Below are positions 1-13,230 of a DNA stretch of 64,000 nt, piece by piece. Under the pieces are notes generated by a model. It searched no databases and was not told where the DNA came from. It worked only from the letters and a program-made list of their open reading frames with translations. The stretch is from NCBI GenBank assembly GCA_951406725.2, contig OX597830.1, positions 53,568,001-53,632,000 on the forward strand, given 5' to 3'. The stretch comes from Octopus vulgaris. Lineage: Eukaryota. Each line of letters starts with the position of its first letter. Position 1 is the stretch's first letter. The position numbers and the translations under genes were made by a program.

Positions 1-108
1 TCGGCTCGGGGCTATAGTGGAAGACACCTACCCAAAGTGCCACGCAGTGGGACTGAACCCGAAACCATATAGCTAGGAAGCAAGCTCCCTAACCACACGG
101 CCATGCCC
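1..108 (-). mobile_element. tRNA-derived SINE family A (CORE-like GGCACCTTGGGCAAGT), partial head
   Basis: Same sequence as the copies at 4352, 26597 and 29990. Confidence 0.75.
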
Positions 109-587
109 GATATAATATTTACCATAATTTTTCCCATTTTTAATCATATTTTTGGCTATAATATGCTATATTTATTTCACAAACCGAGCAATATATACTC
201 TAGTATATATATATATATATGAAAAAATAGTTTCACCATTCCATTTCTTTACATTAGTCACAGTTTCAGCTTAACAATAATACTTTGTTGGGTGCATAAA
301 ATCGGAACCCTATGCATGCATGATATTTTCAGTCAAATACTTTTGCGAAACTGTCATATGTGGAACTTATTACACTTTTGAAAAATATCAAACTGTTGTA
401 CGACACGTTGACAATTTTCATCTGAAGCAGCTGGAGATACGATAGTTTGAGCAAAAGAGCCAGCTATTGCAAGGAAAACTAAATATTGAAGAAAACGCAT
501 TTGGACATACGACAGTTTAACATAATAGCAACAATATATATACCAGCATGGAAAACAGGTGCTAAATAATGATGATATCTATCTATC

Positions 588-870
588 TATCATATCATCG
601 TTTAACGTCCGTTCTCCATGCTAGCATGGGTTGGACGGTTTGACCGGGGATCTGGGAAGCCAGAAGGCTGCACCAGGCTCCAGTCTTATCTGGCAATGTT
701 TCTACAGCTGGATGCCCTTCCTAACGCCAACCACTCCGTGAGTGTAGTGGGTGCTTTTTACATGCCACCTGCACAGGTGCCAGGCGAGGCTGGCAACGGC
801 CACGGTCGGATTGGTGTATTTTATGTGCCACCGGCACGGAAGCCAGTCGAGGCGGTGCTGGCATCGGCCA
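588..870 (-). mobile_element. RTE LINE 3'UTR fragment with (ATG)n tail
   Basis: Near-identical to 35920-36190 and the reverse complement of 36900-37200, where the same sequence follows an RTE ORF C-terminus. Confidence 0.8.
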
Positions 871-2149
871 CATATACACATATATATACACACACACACA
901 TGTCAACACTAATATGTACACAGACGAATACATTTATATTCATAAGTGTGTGTCTGCATGTGTATATATGGCTGATGTTGAAAAGTAAAGAATAAAGCAA
1001 TACAAACAAAACAACCAAAACCTAGTCAACCATTTTTGCAAATATACACAAATGGCAACAGGCTGGTGGCAGACAATCTTCTTGCTATTAGTATTGACGT
1101 CAAACATTTGACAAGGCTACAAGTATTCAAGCAGGATAATAGTTGATTATATTGGTTCATGTATACTCAACTGCTAGTTATTTTTAACCCCAAGAAGACG
1201 GAAAATGAAGTGAATCCTGGCTGAATTTGAACTGAGAATGTAAAGAAGCATAGACAAAATACTGCAAGACATTTTATCCATGTTGCTCTATTGATTCTAC
1301 CAAAACATACTGGAATATTAATTGTAGCATTAGTTGAAGGCTATAGATTTGAGGTGTAGTGAGGGGACACAATCTGGAAAGAGAGCATTCTAACTAGAAG
1401 ATCAAATTAACTCTTTAAGAGGCAAGAATTGATGGGAAGAGAGGCATTTATGGTCTCCAACTCTCAATAATGAAGATCGGAATTGGCAAAGCAAAGGGAG
1501 ATGGTAGCTGAGTCAATGACCTTCAGTATTTGACTAGTGCTTATTTTATTGAGTGATGGAAAGCAAAGTTGTCTTTGGTGAGATTTGAAATTAGAATATA
1601 AAGAACTGGAATAAACACCACATGGTATCTTGTCTGATGCTCTTAAAATTCTCCCAATCTATCACCTATCTGTATTGCAATAATGGTTCTAAGACTACAG
1701 ATTTTAAGCAAAGAGGTGACATAGTTGATTTAATAAACCCCAGTATTTAACTGGTATTTTGATCAACTTCAGAAAGATGAAAGGTAAAAATGAACTTTTG
1801 TGGGATTTGAACTCAGAATGAGTCATAACTAAAAACTACAAGACACTTTAATCTAATGTTCTACCAATTCTGCCGCACAACACTCTTAAACATAATTACA
1901 GTAATGGTTAAAGATAAATTAAAATAACGGACAAACATAATTACAGTAATATATAATGATTTAAAACTGGAATAAAACATTGGCCATTAACAGCCTGTCA
2001 ATGCAATAGAAATACTTTAATAGCCAGATGTGTATTGGATATTAAGTTTAAATGATGGAATGATTAGGAACTTGGAAAGAGGGTCAAAGTTAAGACTTAT
2101 AGATACATACACAAATTCGTTTCATAATTCAAACCTATTTTACAACTCC

Positions 2150-2990
2150 CGACCACTGTGACAGTTCAGTCATTTTGACAATTGACCACTGAGTCTAGTC
2201 ACTATCAATGATCATGATAGTCAACCACTGAAACAGTAAACCATTGTGTCAGTTTAGTCAATGAGACAGTAAACCATTGTGACAGTTTAGACAATGAGGC
2301 AGTCAACCATTGTGACAGTTTAGTCAATGAGACAGTCAACCATTGTGACAGTTTAGTCAATGAGACAGTAAACCATTGTGACAGTTTAGTCAATGAGACA
2401 GTATACCATTGTGACAGTTTAGTCAATGAGGCACTCAACCATTGTGACTGTTTAGTCAATGAGGCAGTCAAGCATTGTGACAGTTTAGTCAATGAGGCAG
2501 TCAACCATTGTAACAGTTTAGTCAATGAGGCAGTCAACCATTGTGACAGTTTAGTCAATGAGGCAGTCAACCATTGTAACAGTTTAGTCAATGAGACAGT
2601 CAACCATTGTGACAGTTTAGTCAATGAGACAGTCAACCATTGTAACAGTTTAGTCAATGAGGCAGTCAACCATTGTGACAGTTTAGTCAATGAGGCAGTC
2701 AACCATTGTGACAGTTTAGTCAATGAGACAGTCAACCATTGTGACAGTTTAGTCAATGAGGCAGTCAACCATTGTAACAGTTTAGTCAATGAGGCAGTCA
2801 ACCATTGTGACAGTTTAGTCAATGAGGCAGTCAACCATTGTAACAGTTTAGTCAATGAGGCAGTCAACCATTGTGACAGTTTAGTCAATGAGACAGTCAA
2901 CCATTGTGACAGTTTAGTCAATGAGACAGCCAATCACTGTGACAATCTAATTCATGTGAGTCAACCATTGTGACAATCAACCAATATGAT
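2150..2990. repeat. 33-bp minisatellite, about 22 well-conserved units with decayed edges, in PIK3C3 intron 3
   Basis: Unit CATTGTGACAGTTTAGTCAATGAGRCAGTCAAC, seen as an 11-aa period in ORF 2205..2933. No spacers. Confidence 0.95.
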
Positions 2991-3226
2991 AGTATCAAAA
3001 CTTTTATCCTTTAGGACAAATGGTCAAGATCTTGGTCTAGTGGTTAAGAGTGTCAAATTCTGCTTGAAACAAAGATTTGTGAGTTCATCCCCAGTCTGAA
3101 CATGTGTACATTAGGCATCTAAAAAAACATGAAGTTCAAATTGCCTGAACATATTTATTTTATGAAACAAAAGTCCTCCACCAAAGAGTTATATGAATGT
3201 TTCTAGCTACAATATAGGACACTCAC

Positions 3227-3370
3227 CCTCGTTTACCAAACATACTGATAACTGTGCTGCCAACTGGCACAGATTTATTGGTGCCATAGAGATCCCACAC
3301 TGTTAGAGCTAGCATAGCATTCCTTGGAAGATCACTGTATTTGACGGGTAATGTCAGCCACTCATTCCAG
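3227..3370 (-). CDS. PIK3C3: PIK3C3/Vps34 coding exon 3 (C2 domain); gene presumably continues beyond position 1
   Basis: ttcttacag acceptor, GTGAGT donor, 144 nt. [47 protein letters not shown](G) matches Vps34 [30 protein letters not shown]. Confidence 0.96.
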
Positions 3371-4351
3371 CTGTAAGAACATAAAACAGAGAATATTAAA
3401 CTAGTCTTCATTTTACTGTTGTTTAATGGTTTAATTTTTTAAAAACTGACACACATTAAAAAACAAAACATACTTACAAGGGCCACTGATACATAGAGAG
3501 ATCATATATACACATACATAAAAATAACCTCTCATCAATATATACAACACATGCACAGGTATAAAAAAAAAGCATATATATAAAATAAAAGATATTGTCA
3601 TAAAAATATCAACCCTGTATAGACAAGATATAAACAAACACACACACGAACTCATTCATAATCTCATACACAGACGTCTTTGACTCATTATCATAAAAAA
3701 TCTTTATGTGACCAAATCAGCAATGCCAATAATTATGTATTCTACAGATTTGACTCTGCTTCATAAAAATAATTATTTGTTAATTTGATGTTCATTTGAA
3801 TATGGAATAAATTATGTAAATGTATGTGAAAGAGTGAGATACAGATTGTGGTATTCGCCTATTACACACAGATTGCTTCCAAACTAAGGGCTTTGGAGTT
3901 CTGGGTTCAGTCCCACTGGGTTCAGTCAACACCTTAGGAAAAAGTATCTTCTGATGCAGCATCAGGTTGACCAAAATTTTGTGAATAGATTTGGTACATT
4001 GATGAAAACTGAAAGAAGCCCATGTGCATGTGTGAGACCTTCTCTTGATAGCATGTGATAAGTTGTAAACAAATGTCATCATCATACATGCAGCATTATT
4101 TCCAATCATCCATGGAAACATGTATGGCCATGGGGTAATATTACTTTACATGAAAATAGCAGAGAGTTGACAACAGGAAGGGCATCTGGCCATAAAAAAA
4201 TCTGCCTTGATAAATTCCATCTAATCTAATGGAAAACCAGATGTTAAAACAATGATGATCATATATAATACACACATAAATACATGTCTATGTATGTATA
4301 TAGCTGAAGGATATTAAAATTAATCATAGGATATACTAAGTATGTCTTATG

Positions 4352-4649
4352 CTTTGTAAGCCTAGTACTTATTCTATCGGTCTCTTTTGCCGAACCGCTA
4401 AGTTACGGAGACGTAAACACACCAGCATTGGTTGTCAAACAATGTTGGGGGGACAAACACAAATATATATATATATATAGGTATACGATGGGCTTCTTTC
4501 AGTTTCCATCTCCCAAATCCACTCACAAGGCTTTGGTTGGCCCGAGGCTATAGTAGAAGACACTTGCCCAAGGTGCCACACAGTGGGACTGAACCAGGAA
4601 CCATGTGGTCAGTAAGCAAGCTACTTACCACACAGCCACTCCTACGCCT
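4352..4649 (-). mobile_element. tRNA-derived SINE family A with internal (TA)n
   Basis: Minus strand has an A-box-like GGCTGTGTGGTAAG, a B-box-like GGTTCAGTCCC and a CORE-like segment. Multi-copy in the window. Confidence 0.8.
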
Positions 4650-4672
4650 ATATACATACACACACACACACA

Positions 4673-5003
4673 TATCATCATCATCATCGTTTAACGTCCG
4701 CTTTCCATGCTAGCATGGGTTGGACGGTTCAACTGGGGTCTGGCAAGCCCGAAGGCTGCACCAGGCCAGTCAGATCTGGCAGTGTTTCTACAGCTGGATG
4801 CCCTTCCTAACGCCAACCACTCCGAGAGTGTAGTGGGTGATTTTATGTGCCACCGACACAGGTGCCAGACGGCCACGCTTGGATGGTGTTTTTTATGTGC
4901 CACTGACACAGGTGCCAGACGAGGCTGGCTGACAGCCACGCTCGGATGGTGTTTTCTTATGTGTCACCGACACAGGTGCCAGACGAGGCTGGCGGACGGC
5001 CAC
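4673..5003 (-). mobile_element. RTE 3'UTR fragment with internal ~60-bp subrepeats
   Basis: (CAT)n tail and ctggatgcccttcctaacgccaacc motif. Nearly identical to the start of the 41628 array. Confidence 0.8.
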
Positions 5004-5186
5004 ATATATACACAAGCATAATATAAAGGCATATACATACACAATGTTATATAATGAAATACGAAGCCTACAACAGAGAGAACTCCATTAAAGCCATCCA
5101 AAGGAGGTTTTAAAAGAACAAGAGGAAGCAGGAGACTATAATAAGTTTAAAATGGAGAATGAAAAAAAAATACAATGAATACTTAC

Positions 5187-5375
5187 TTCCATCTGGTGGT
5201 GAATGACTTAAAAGATGTTTGGACTGGAAGTGATAATGGCCTTGTGTCCGAGAATATTTGACATGTGACATAAAGATCAGAACATCCATCAATGTAGGCC
5301 CCAGAAAATTTTAGAATTGGGTCGTTCAGGAAGTCTTTATAGCTTGGTCTTTTCCGGCATCCTTCAAGAGTTCCA
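5187..5375 (-). CDS. PIK3C3: PIK3C3/Vps34 coding exon 2 (C2 domain)
   Basis: ttttag acceptor, GTAAGT donor, 189 nt. Hand translation gives [62 protein letters not shown](N), the Vps34 C2 segment. Phase is consistent with exons 1 and 3. Confidence 0.96.
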
Positions 5376-6185
5376 CTAAAATATATAAAACATTTTATAT
5401 ATATTGATATATATAGCTGATGTATATGAACTATGTATTTCGTGGTCTGTGAATGTTATCATCATGTTAGCAATATAAAAATCAACAATCTGAAAAACAG
5501 GGATTAATGTGTAGCATTGAAATACATACTGCTTATCACATCTTTAATTTACCAATCTAATTAGCTGCTAACAAATACATAATGTATGCAAATCAGATCT
5601 TCAATTTAACAAAGCCCTTAATTCAAGTGGTTATAAATATACTGACTCTATAAACATAGGGATGGATACTCCCTACATGAGGAAATTCCAAAGAATTGAA
5701 ACCAGTTGCACTAATTTTTCTTCTGTCAATGAAGTAATTACATAAATGACAGCTGGTGTGTGCAACTGTCATCTGTATGAAGTTTAGTTGACTTTCCATG
5801 CATGATAATGGTTGGAATTTTAGAACTGCTCTATAGTGCATTTGCACATCAAAGCACACAATTTAATGCATCATTAATCTATATATACACACACACATAT
5901 ACACAGATGTGCACCCCCCACATGCATATGTATGCATATATAAATATATACAGAAATATATTTAGATATTACTCCAGAGAAATATCACAACATTATCTGC
6001 ACAATGAGCCAACAAAGAAGCCTCTACATGACTGATTGACCTGCAGAAACAGCAACCAACTCTCAAATAACACTACTGACTTTAAAACAGAAGAAGAAAA
6101 ACAAAAAGAAGATGCATTGAATAATGTGTTCCAAGATGGAACCAACTCTCAAATAACACTACTGACTTTTAAAAAGAAGAAAAAA

Positions 6186-6430
6186 GGGCAGCGAGCTGGC
6201 AGAAACGTTAGCAAGCCGGGCTAAATGCTTTGTGTTATTTCGTCCGCTGCTGCGTTCTGAGTTCAAATTCCGCCGAGGTCGACTTTGCCTTTCATCCTTT
6301 CGGGGTTGATAAATTAAGTACCAGTTAGGCACTGGGGTCGATGTAATCGACTTAATCCGTTTGTCTGTCCTTGTTTGTCCCCTCTATGTTCAGCCCCTTG
6401 TGGGCAATAAAAAAAAATAAAAAAAAAAAA
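6186..6430 (+). mobile_element. tRNA-derived SINE family B, full length, tail type 1 plus poly-A
   Basis: GAGCTGGCAGAAACGTTAG head, GAGTTCAAATTCC B-box, central GTCGACTTTGCCTTTCATCC..AAGTACCAG domain, AATAAA/poly-A end. Inserted in the A-tract of an 86-bp tandem duplication. Confidence 0.85.
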
Positions 6431-8595
6431 GATGCATTGAATAATGTGTTCCAAGATTAAAGCTCTATCTACAAAATGAAAAAGACAGGATGGGCATAGC
6501 AGGAATGCCTTTTGATCATAGGTCTACTTGAGAAGATCTGACCTGGGACTGAACAACAACATTATTTGTAATGTACTTTAAACTCAGTAATGCCCATGCA
6601 TTTATATACCCTCATACATGCTTTATCTAATTCTCTTCATATCTTTGTCTTTCTCCATTTGCACATTTTATGTCTATCCCTCTCCCTCTCATCTATATGT
6701 TGCTGGTACCTAAGTCCATATCTAAACCCATCAATCTTGTAACACCATCATTTGGCCCTTGAAGGCCTTTAGCAGAGACCATTCACTTACAAAATTCAAA
6801 CCAGGTCTCTGGTCTAAGTTTAACAGTTTCCCTATGTGCTCTTGCCTTTTTTATTTTGCCTCCCCCCTCAATCTGTTAGTTGTCAATCCTTCATTTATAT
6901 CTATATATCTAAGCCATTTATTTATTACTCAGAGAATACCCTCTTTGCTTTTCTTCCACAAACTATTTCTGTAGTCTTTAGCTTTCTTTATCGATGTATC
7001 AATCTATCTCGTCCTGAGATCTCATTTCCGCCATCTGCTCTTCTGTCCACCTACCCTCATCCACACACATACCAGCTACATTATTTATTTTATTATGTGT
7101 TTTATTAATAGTTTCCCGACATTCCAACGGTGAGAATAAGATGGGATCATCTGAACCACTTGGGTGGAATAATTACCACAATGAATTTGTTTGATGTACC
7201 AGTTTATTGGTTATATTAGTTTATCTGTACATACACGTGTTACTATCACATAAAAAGCATCTAGTCCACTCTGTAAAGTGAATGATGTTAGGAAGAGCAT
7301 CCAAGTTATACAAGTAAACCATTAAAAAAATGGTCAAACTGTTAAAGATAAAAGCCAAGTCTCTCTAAAATTAGAATATACTGTTTTAAATAAGTACACA
7401 CTAGACAATGTAGTCCTAAACATACTTTCAAACAAGCGTTGGTGGTCACAGCTGGAATGGCTTTTGTAAATATACTGCAACCTGGGGTGAAACATCAGTT
7501 ATACTTACAGCTCACAGTTGTCTGTCTCTCTACCAGTTGCCCCTGGGTCCCCAACACACACACAATATCTATCCATATGTTTCCCCCACACACTATGTAT
7601 TTCTCCATGCAGTCATCAAATCTATTTGATCTAATTAGGCAATTCCAGTTCTATACTTTCACAACAATAATAATCAATAACTCATGTTGTTAATAATTAA
7701 AACTATTGTTTTTAACCAATTAATCTGAAGACAGTCAAGGTGTGTGGCTCAGTGGTTAGGGTGTTGGAGTCACGTTCATAAGGACATCAGTTCAATTTCT
7801 GGACCTGGGTTGATGCAGGAACTGCAAGTGGAAATAACTAGACAGAAAATATATTTTGAAGCTCATTAACCTGCTGGCATTTAACCAGCCATATCTGGTC
7901 CTAATATCCTAACTGCATTATGCTCAAACTGGAGAGATCTGGCCTCTCGCACCTATCTTACAATGTAGTTCTTTAGATTCAGAGAGATTGAACCTTAAAT
8001 CAAGCAGTTGGGATGCAGACTTCTCAACCATAGTCACACCTTATCAGTTATATAAGTGAAATGAAACTGCTATTGTTGAAAATCAAATATTTTGTCCAGC
8101 AAGCTAAGTTTTCCGACCACACCATTGCAACATTCGTCAATAAAAGTTACAAATATTGAGGCTGACAATCTCTAATGATATTTCTGGGTGACCAAATATC
8201 AATAACAATTGAACTTGTAATTAGAAAGGCTTGACTTTTCTCTTTAGGGCCAGAAAACATTATTTCAGCTTTGAACAGTTATTGACCTACAGTATACAGG
8301 TGTGACCCATATCAAAAACCTACAGAGACATAGACCAGCTGTTGCACACCGAAATACACACTCCTCCTTTCTTCTCTAAATAATTTGTTATCCAACTGAT
8401 TAACAAGCTCTTACCCACCTAACACACAACAACAACAATTAGCTCACTAACATATGTTTTATCTTCTAACTTGTTTCAGTCATTGGACTGCAGCCATGCT
8501 GGGGCACTGCCTTGAGAGGTTTTAGTTGAACAAATTGATTACATTTTTTATTTTTTATATTACTGTGTCGCCTCATTTTACCACGTCACCTTACT

Positions 8596-8905
8596 AGCAC
8601 TTGTGCTGGTGGCATGTGAAATATTTGAGTGAGGTCATCGCTAGTGATGCTGGACTGGCTCCTGTGCAGGTGGCACATAAAAAGCACCATTTGGGTGTGG
8701 CTGTTGCCAGTTCCACCAAACTGGCCCTCGTGCCAGTGACACGTAAAAGCAGCCACTACACTCTCGGAGTGGTTGGCGTTAGGAAGGGCATCTAGCTGTA
8801 GAAACTCTGCCAGATCAGATCGGAGTTTGGTTCACCAGACCTCAGTCAAATTGTCCAACCCATGCTAGCATGGAAAGCGGATGTTAAAAAATGATGATGA
8901 TGATG
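8596..8905 (+). mobile_element. RTE 3'UTR fragment with (ATG)n tail
   Basis: ggttggcgttaggaagggcatc...catgctagcatggaaagcggatgttaa-(atg)n. Confidence 0.75.
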
Positions 8906-11900
8906 TTGTCTGGTACTTATTGTATTGGTCTCTTTTGTCAAGCCACTAAGCTACAGGGATGTAAACAAACTAACACCAGCTGTCAAGTGGTGTTGAGGCT
9001 CAAACTGGCACTCTGTTGATCCAATAAATGGAACAGCCTGCTCATGAAATTAACATACAAGTGGTTGAGCACTTAACAAACATGCATACCCATAATGTAG
9101 TTCTTGAGGAGATTCAGCATAAGGCTGGCCCTTTTGCCAGCTGAGTGGACTGGGGCCACATGAAATAAGGACACAAAGGGCACAATGCACTGCCATGAAT
9201 CAAACTCACAACCTTATTACGATAATGATAATACCCGTGATAATATCATGAGCTGAATACCCTAACCACTAAGCTTATACACTTCCACAGGGTTTCAAAC
9301 AGACACAAACATCACACACCACCACCATTATTTAGCGTCCGTTTTCCATGCCGGCATAGGTTAGATGGTTTGACTGTTACTGGTAAGCCAGAGAGCTGCA
9401 CATTGTTGTGTCACCTCTCCTCCACTGTGGCACCAACCCCTCACCTAACTACCATCTTTTCCCCCATCACCTCCCATTTCACTCTGCCATCTTTTCCCCA
9501 CTGTTGAACCCACCTCTTCTTACCTTATAGAACCATCTCCTCCCCTACCTCTCCCCTGCTATCATCACTACTATGACTCATCAGGGGATCACTCGGCTAC
9601 CACTGAATCATTAAAGAATCTCTATGTTGTCACTCAGCTGGCTAAAAATAGCAACTAAACCTCTCTTAAAATCATCTTGCCTTCTTAACCCTCTCAGACC
9701 CGGGCTCCTCAGCAAAAAATTTTTTAAATAGTTACACATACAAGATGCAGGCGAGGCTGTATGGTTAAGAAATTTGATTTCTGACTATATGGTTTCTGGT
9801 TCAATCCCACTGCACGGCACCTTAGGTAAATGTTTTGTGCTATAGTCCCGAGCTAACCAAAAGCTTTTTGAGTAAATTTGGTAGATGGAAATTGAAAGAA
9901 GCCCATTCATCATAATCATCAAAATCATTTAACTAAACCTCTCTGAAAATCATCTTGCCTTCTTAACCCTCTCAGACCCGGGCTCCTCACCAAAAAGATA
10001 AATAGTTACAAATACAGCTCAAGAGTAACGATTGCAGGCAAACTAATGGGAAGAATCAACTGAATCTTCTTTTTCTATGTGTGTTGTTCATTACTGCTTT
10101 ACCAAAAATCTGGTAGATATGATGTTTATCCTATTCTTGCTTTAGCAGGAATACAGTACAACAGGGCTAAATGGGTTAAGTGATACATTAGATATGTAGT
10201 CCTAGATACTACTAAAAAAGTAGTATCTGGCCTTTCATCATAAAGCTGCTTAATTGGGAGAGTCCATGGAGTCTAATAAAGCAAATGACTGTGAGGTGTG
10301 TGGTGTTTCATATTTTAGACTTTGCTCTTCATTTAAAGAGACAGAAAGTGGTTTCGTTACTACTGGAGTGGCACTCCACACTATCTCTCTCAGATGAAGG
10401 CAAAGTCTAAAATGTCAGGCACATCACTCTTTATAACAAATTTATCAAACTCTAGGAAATCTGCCACAAACTATTTACCACAAACAATGTCCACACAGCA
10501 ACAAAGGCCAGTTTTCCCTGTTAAAGCAAAAGTGGGGGTCAGATGCTACGATAGTCTTCTCCCTTTCATACTACTAGCCCCATCACTAATCTTCTTGCCC
10601 TCGTTTGCTCCAGCATAATTTTCAGCCAGGTCTTTCTTATTCTTCCCCAGAAAGCGTTGTTCTTCCTGTCAATGTTATTGGTTACAGAATATGATCCCGT
10701 GTATTAAATTTGCATTTAAATTGAGAAATTTAGTGTTGTGTACTTTCATTTACAGGTTATTTGCTAGTAAATATGGAACAATGGATTTCTCAACTTGAAA
10801 TTTCAGATGTAATATATATTTATATATATAAACAAAAAATAACTATACTGAAACAAAAAAAAGTTTAAGTCCTAAGACTGCAATTTTATGCTGCCTTTAA
10901 TTTTATAAAATTAATGACTCATTAATTTCCTCAGCAGAGATGTGACCCCCAACAAGAATTCTAATGGACATGAAATTTCTCCTGTTATTAAAAAAGTTAC
11001 CCTCTACCTCATATGGCGGTTGATTCACTCATTAAATCTGGTAGTATTTCACTACAGCAACCATTCTGTTGTTCTACTTCTACATTTATAATTTTCATGA
11101 TTCTTTAGAAAGTTGGCTCTGTATCATTGAATCTCAGCAGACTCCTCTTTCGGTGTCACTGAATTACTTTAGGTGCCACACCACAATAACTCACCAGCAA
11201 TACAGGTTGGTGAATAAGATCACAAAAACTGCAAAATGAAAGGGGTTTGAAATAACAATCATACTGCATTGTCTGTCATGTAGGTTAACAAGGGATGCAT
11301 TTGGATGTTAGGTGTAGTTTCCACCCAATACTGGTACAGCCAGCAATAAGCCTGCAACTTGTTCTAGGAAGTATGGGGTGGGAGCACAAAGGATCTGTGA
11401 CAATATAGTAAATCACCCTCTTTATATAACTGGTATATCAGTTATCCCCACAAGACACACACCACCTCATATTACACTATCTGGTCGCTTAATTCCAGAA
11501 GGAAATCAAATAATCCATGAAGATGGCAAGGCATACATTGGTTGGATCTCAAATGGGGTTGTGAAGGTCACTATACAAAGCATTTATTGTACTAATCATC
11601 AGGAGTAACTAGGAGAAAAGAACTCCTGTGTACTCAATTGAGCAGATTGGTGGAGTAGCTAAATAAATCAACAAACACTCTACTAGGGCAGTAGAGAGAT
11701 GGTGGAATCAGCAGATCATAGGACAGATTAACTTTTGGCACTTTGATTAGTTACCTCACATTCTGAGTTCAAATCCCATCTAAGTCACAATTCTTTTCAA
11801 TTCTTCTGAAGTCAATAAAATAGTCTACATGTACTGGGGCTGGTATAATTGATTATAACCTTGAAGTTAGTGTACCTAATATGACTCTAGCCCAATGACT

Positions 11901-13003
11901 AAAACCAGTGTAAGAGTCTCTCTCTCTCTCTTTCTCTTAATGTGCCAGGCATATTTTGTAGACACTGGTAATCATGGACATCCATGCCAAAGTTTGAAGA
12001 TTCATGGAGTTTTTCTTGGGGAAAAATACATCTATGATTTACTGCTACCTTTTACCTTTCTATTTAGTTTACTCTGCTTGTCTTCTGCTCTTTCAAACTT
12101 ACCCCTGAGGTACAGGACCTATGTAGCTTTTCAAAGGAGAAACTGGTTTATGTGACATCAGTGTATATCTACACTATCATAGGTCTGTGTGACATGTCTA
12201 AGAGCCAACCCTCATTCAAGTTCTGTATACCAGGTATTTCCACCTTGGACAGGAGTGGACTGGGAGCAGAGGTAACACTGTACTCCTGTAAAGGCCCAAG
12301 CCAGAGCCTTAGCATTTAAATGCTTTACCCAATACAAATTGAAAAGTAACATAATTAAAATGAGGGATCTTGTATTTTAAGGGGTAACTCTTATGACCAT
12401 AATAGAAATAGGATGATTACAGTTATTTTATTTTTATGGATTAGACAGAGAGAGAAAGGCAAAGTTCATGACATTTTGTCAGGTCTCTGAGACTATGGCA
12501 GAAGACGCTTGTCCACTGTGAAGTGGAATTGAACCCACAGCTTTGCACTTGCAAAATGAATGTTTAACAATGCAGCTATATCTGGATGTTTGGATTGAAC
12601 AACAGCAACTTGTGAAACTGTTTTTACTCCTGCTGTCCAACAGTAACATTGATATTATGGTCGTTCAACTTGCTAGAAATAACAACCAAATCTCCCTCCA
12701 CTCTATTGTCTTACATAATGAAGGCGAGAAAGAAAAAGACTAGAAGAGCTAGTTACCAGAAATCAAAGTGTTAGATTAAATATAATTATACTGTTTCATT
12801 CCTAGACAGTTAAAATGTTCAAATCATACTGCTGTAAACCAAATCTCCCTCAAACCACATCCTACTCTTTTAAGGAAGGACACACATATTACGAGCTCAA
12901 ATCTCACATAAAATAACGTACTAACCAAGTACTGGGGTTGATGGTATCAACTAATCCCTCCACCCAAAACTGCTAGCCTTGTGCTAAAATTAGAATTATT
13001 ATA

Positions 13004-13230
13004 GGATGGTGAACTGTCAGAATCGTTAACAAGTCGCAGAAGATGCTTAGAGACATTTCTTCCGGTTCTTTGAATTCTGAGTTCAAATTCTACCGAGGTC
13101 GACTTTTACCTTTCATCTTTCGGGATTCGATAAAGTAAAGTACTAGTCAAATACTGGAGTCAATGTAACTGACTTGCTCCATTTCCCCCAAAATTGCTGG
13201 CCTTGTGTCTATAGTAGAAAGGATTATAAT
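13004..13230 (+). mobile_element. SINE family B, tail type 2
   Basis: Same head and central domain as 6186, but ends GCTGGCCTTGTGTCTATAGTAGAAAGGATTAT. Confidence 0.75.

Noticed and set aside
618-995. Recurrent MLAWVGRF... ORFs (also 4707, 35939, 36756, 41671)
   Set aside because: Antisense translations of the RTE 3'UTR repeat, not a gene family.
2205-2933. 242-aa repeat ORF or CRISPR-like array
   Set aside because: Pure head-to-tail 33-bp repeat with no unique spacers and no cas genes. The ORF has a non-ATG start and is a by-product of the repeat.
9963-10178. piggyBac-like MITE (TTAA-CCC...GGG-TTAA)
   Set aside because: The TIR match is too degenerate to support from one copy.
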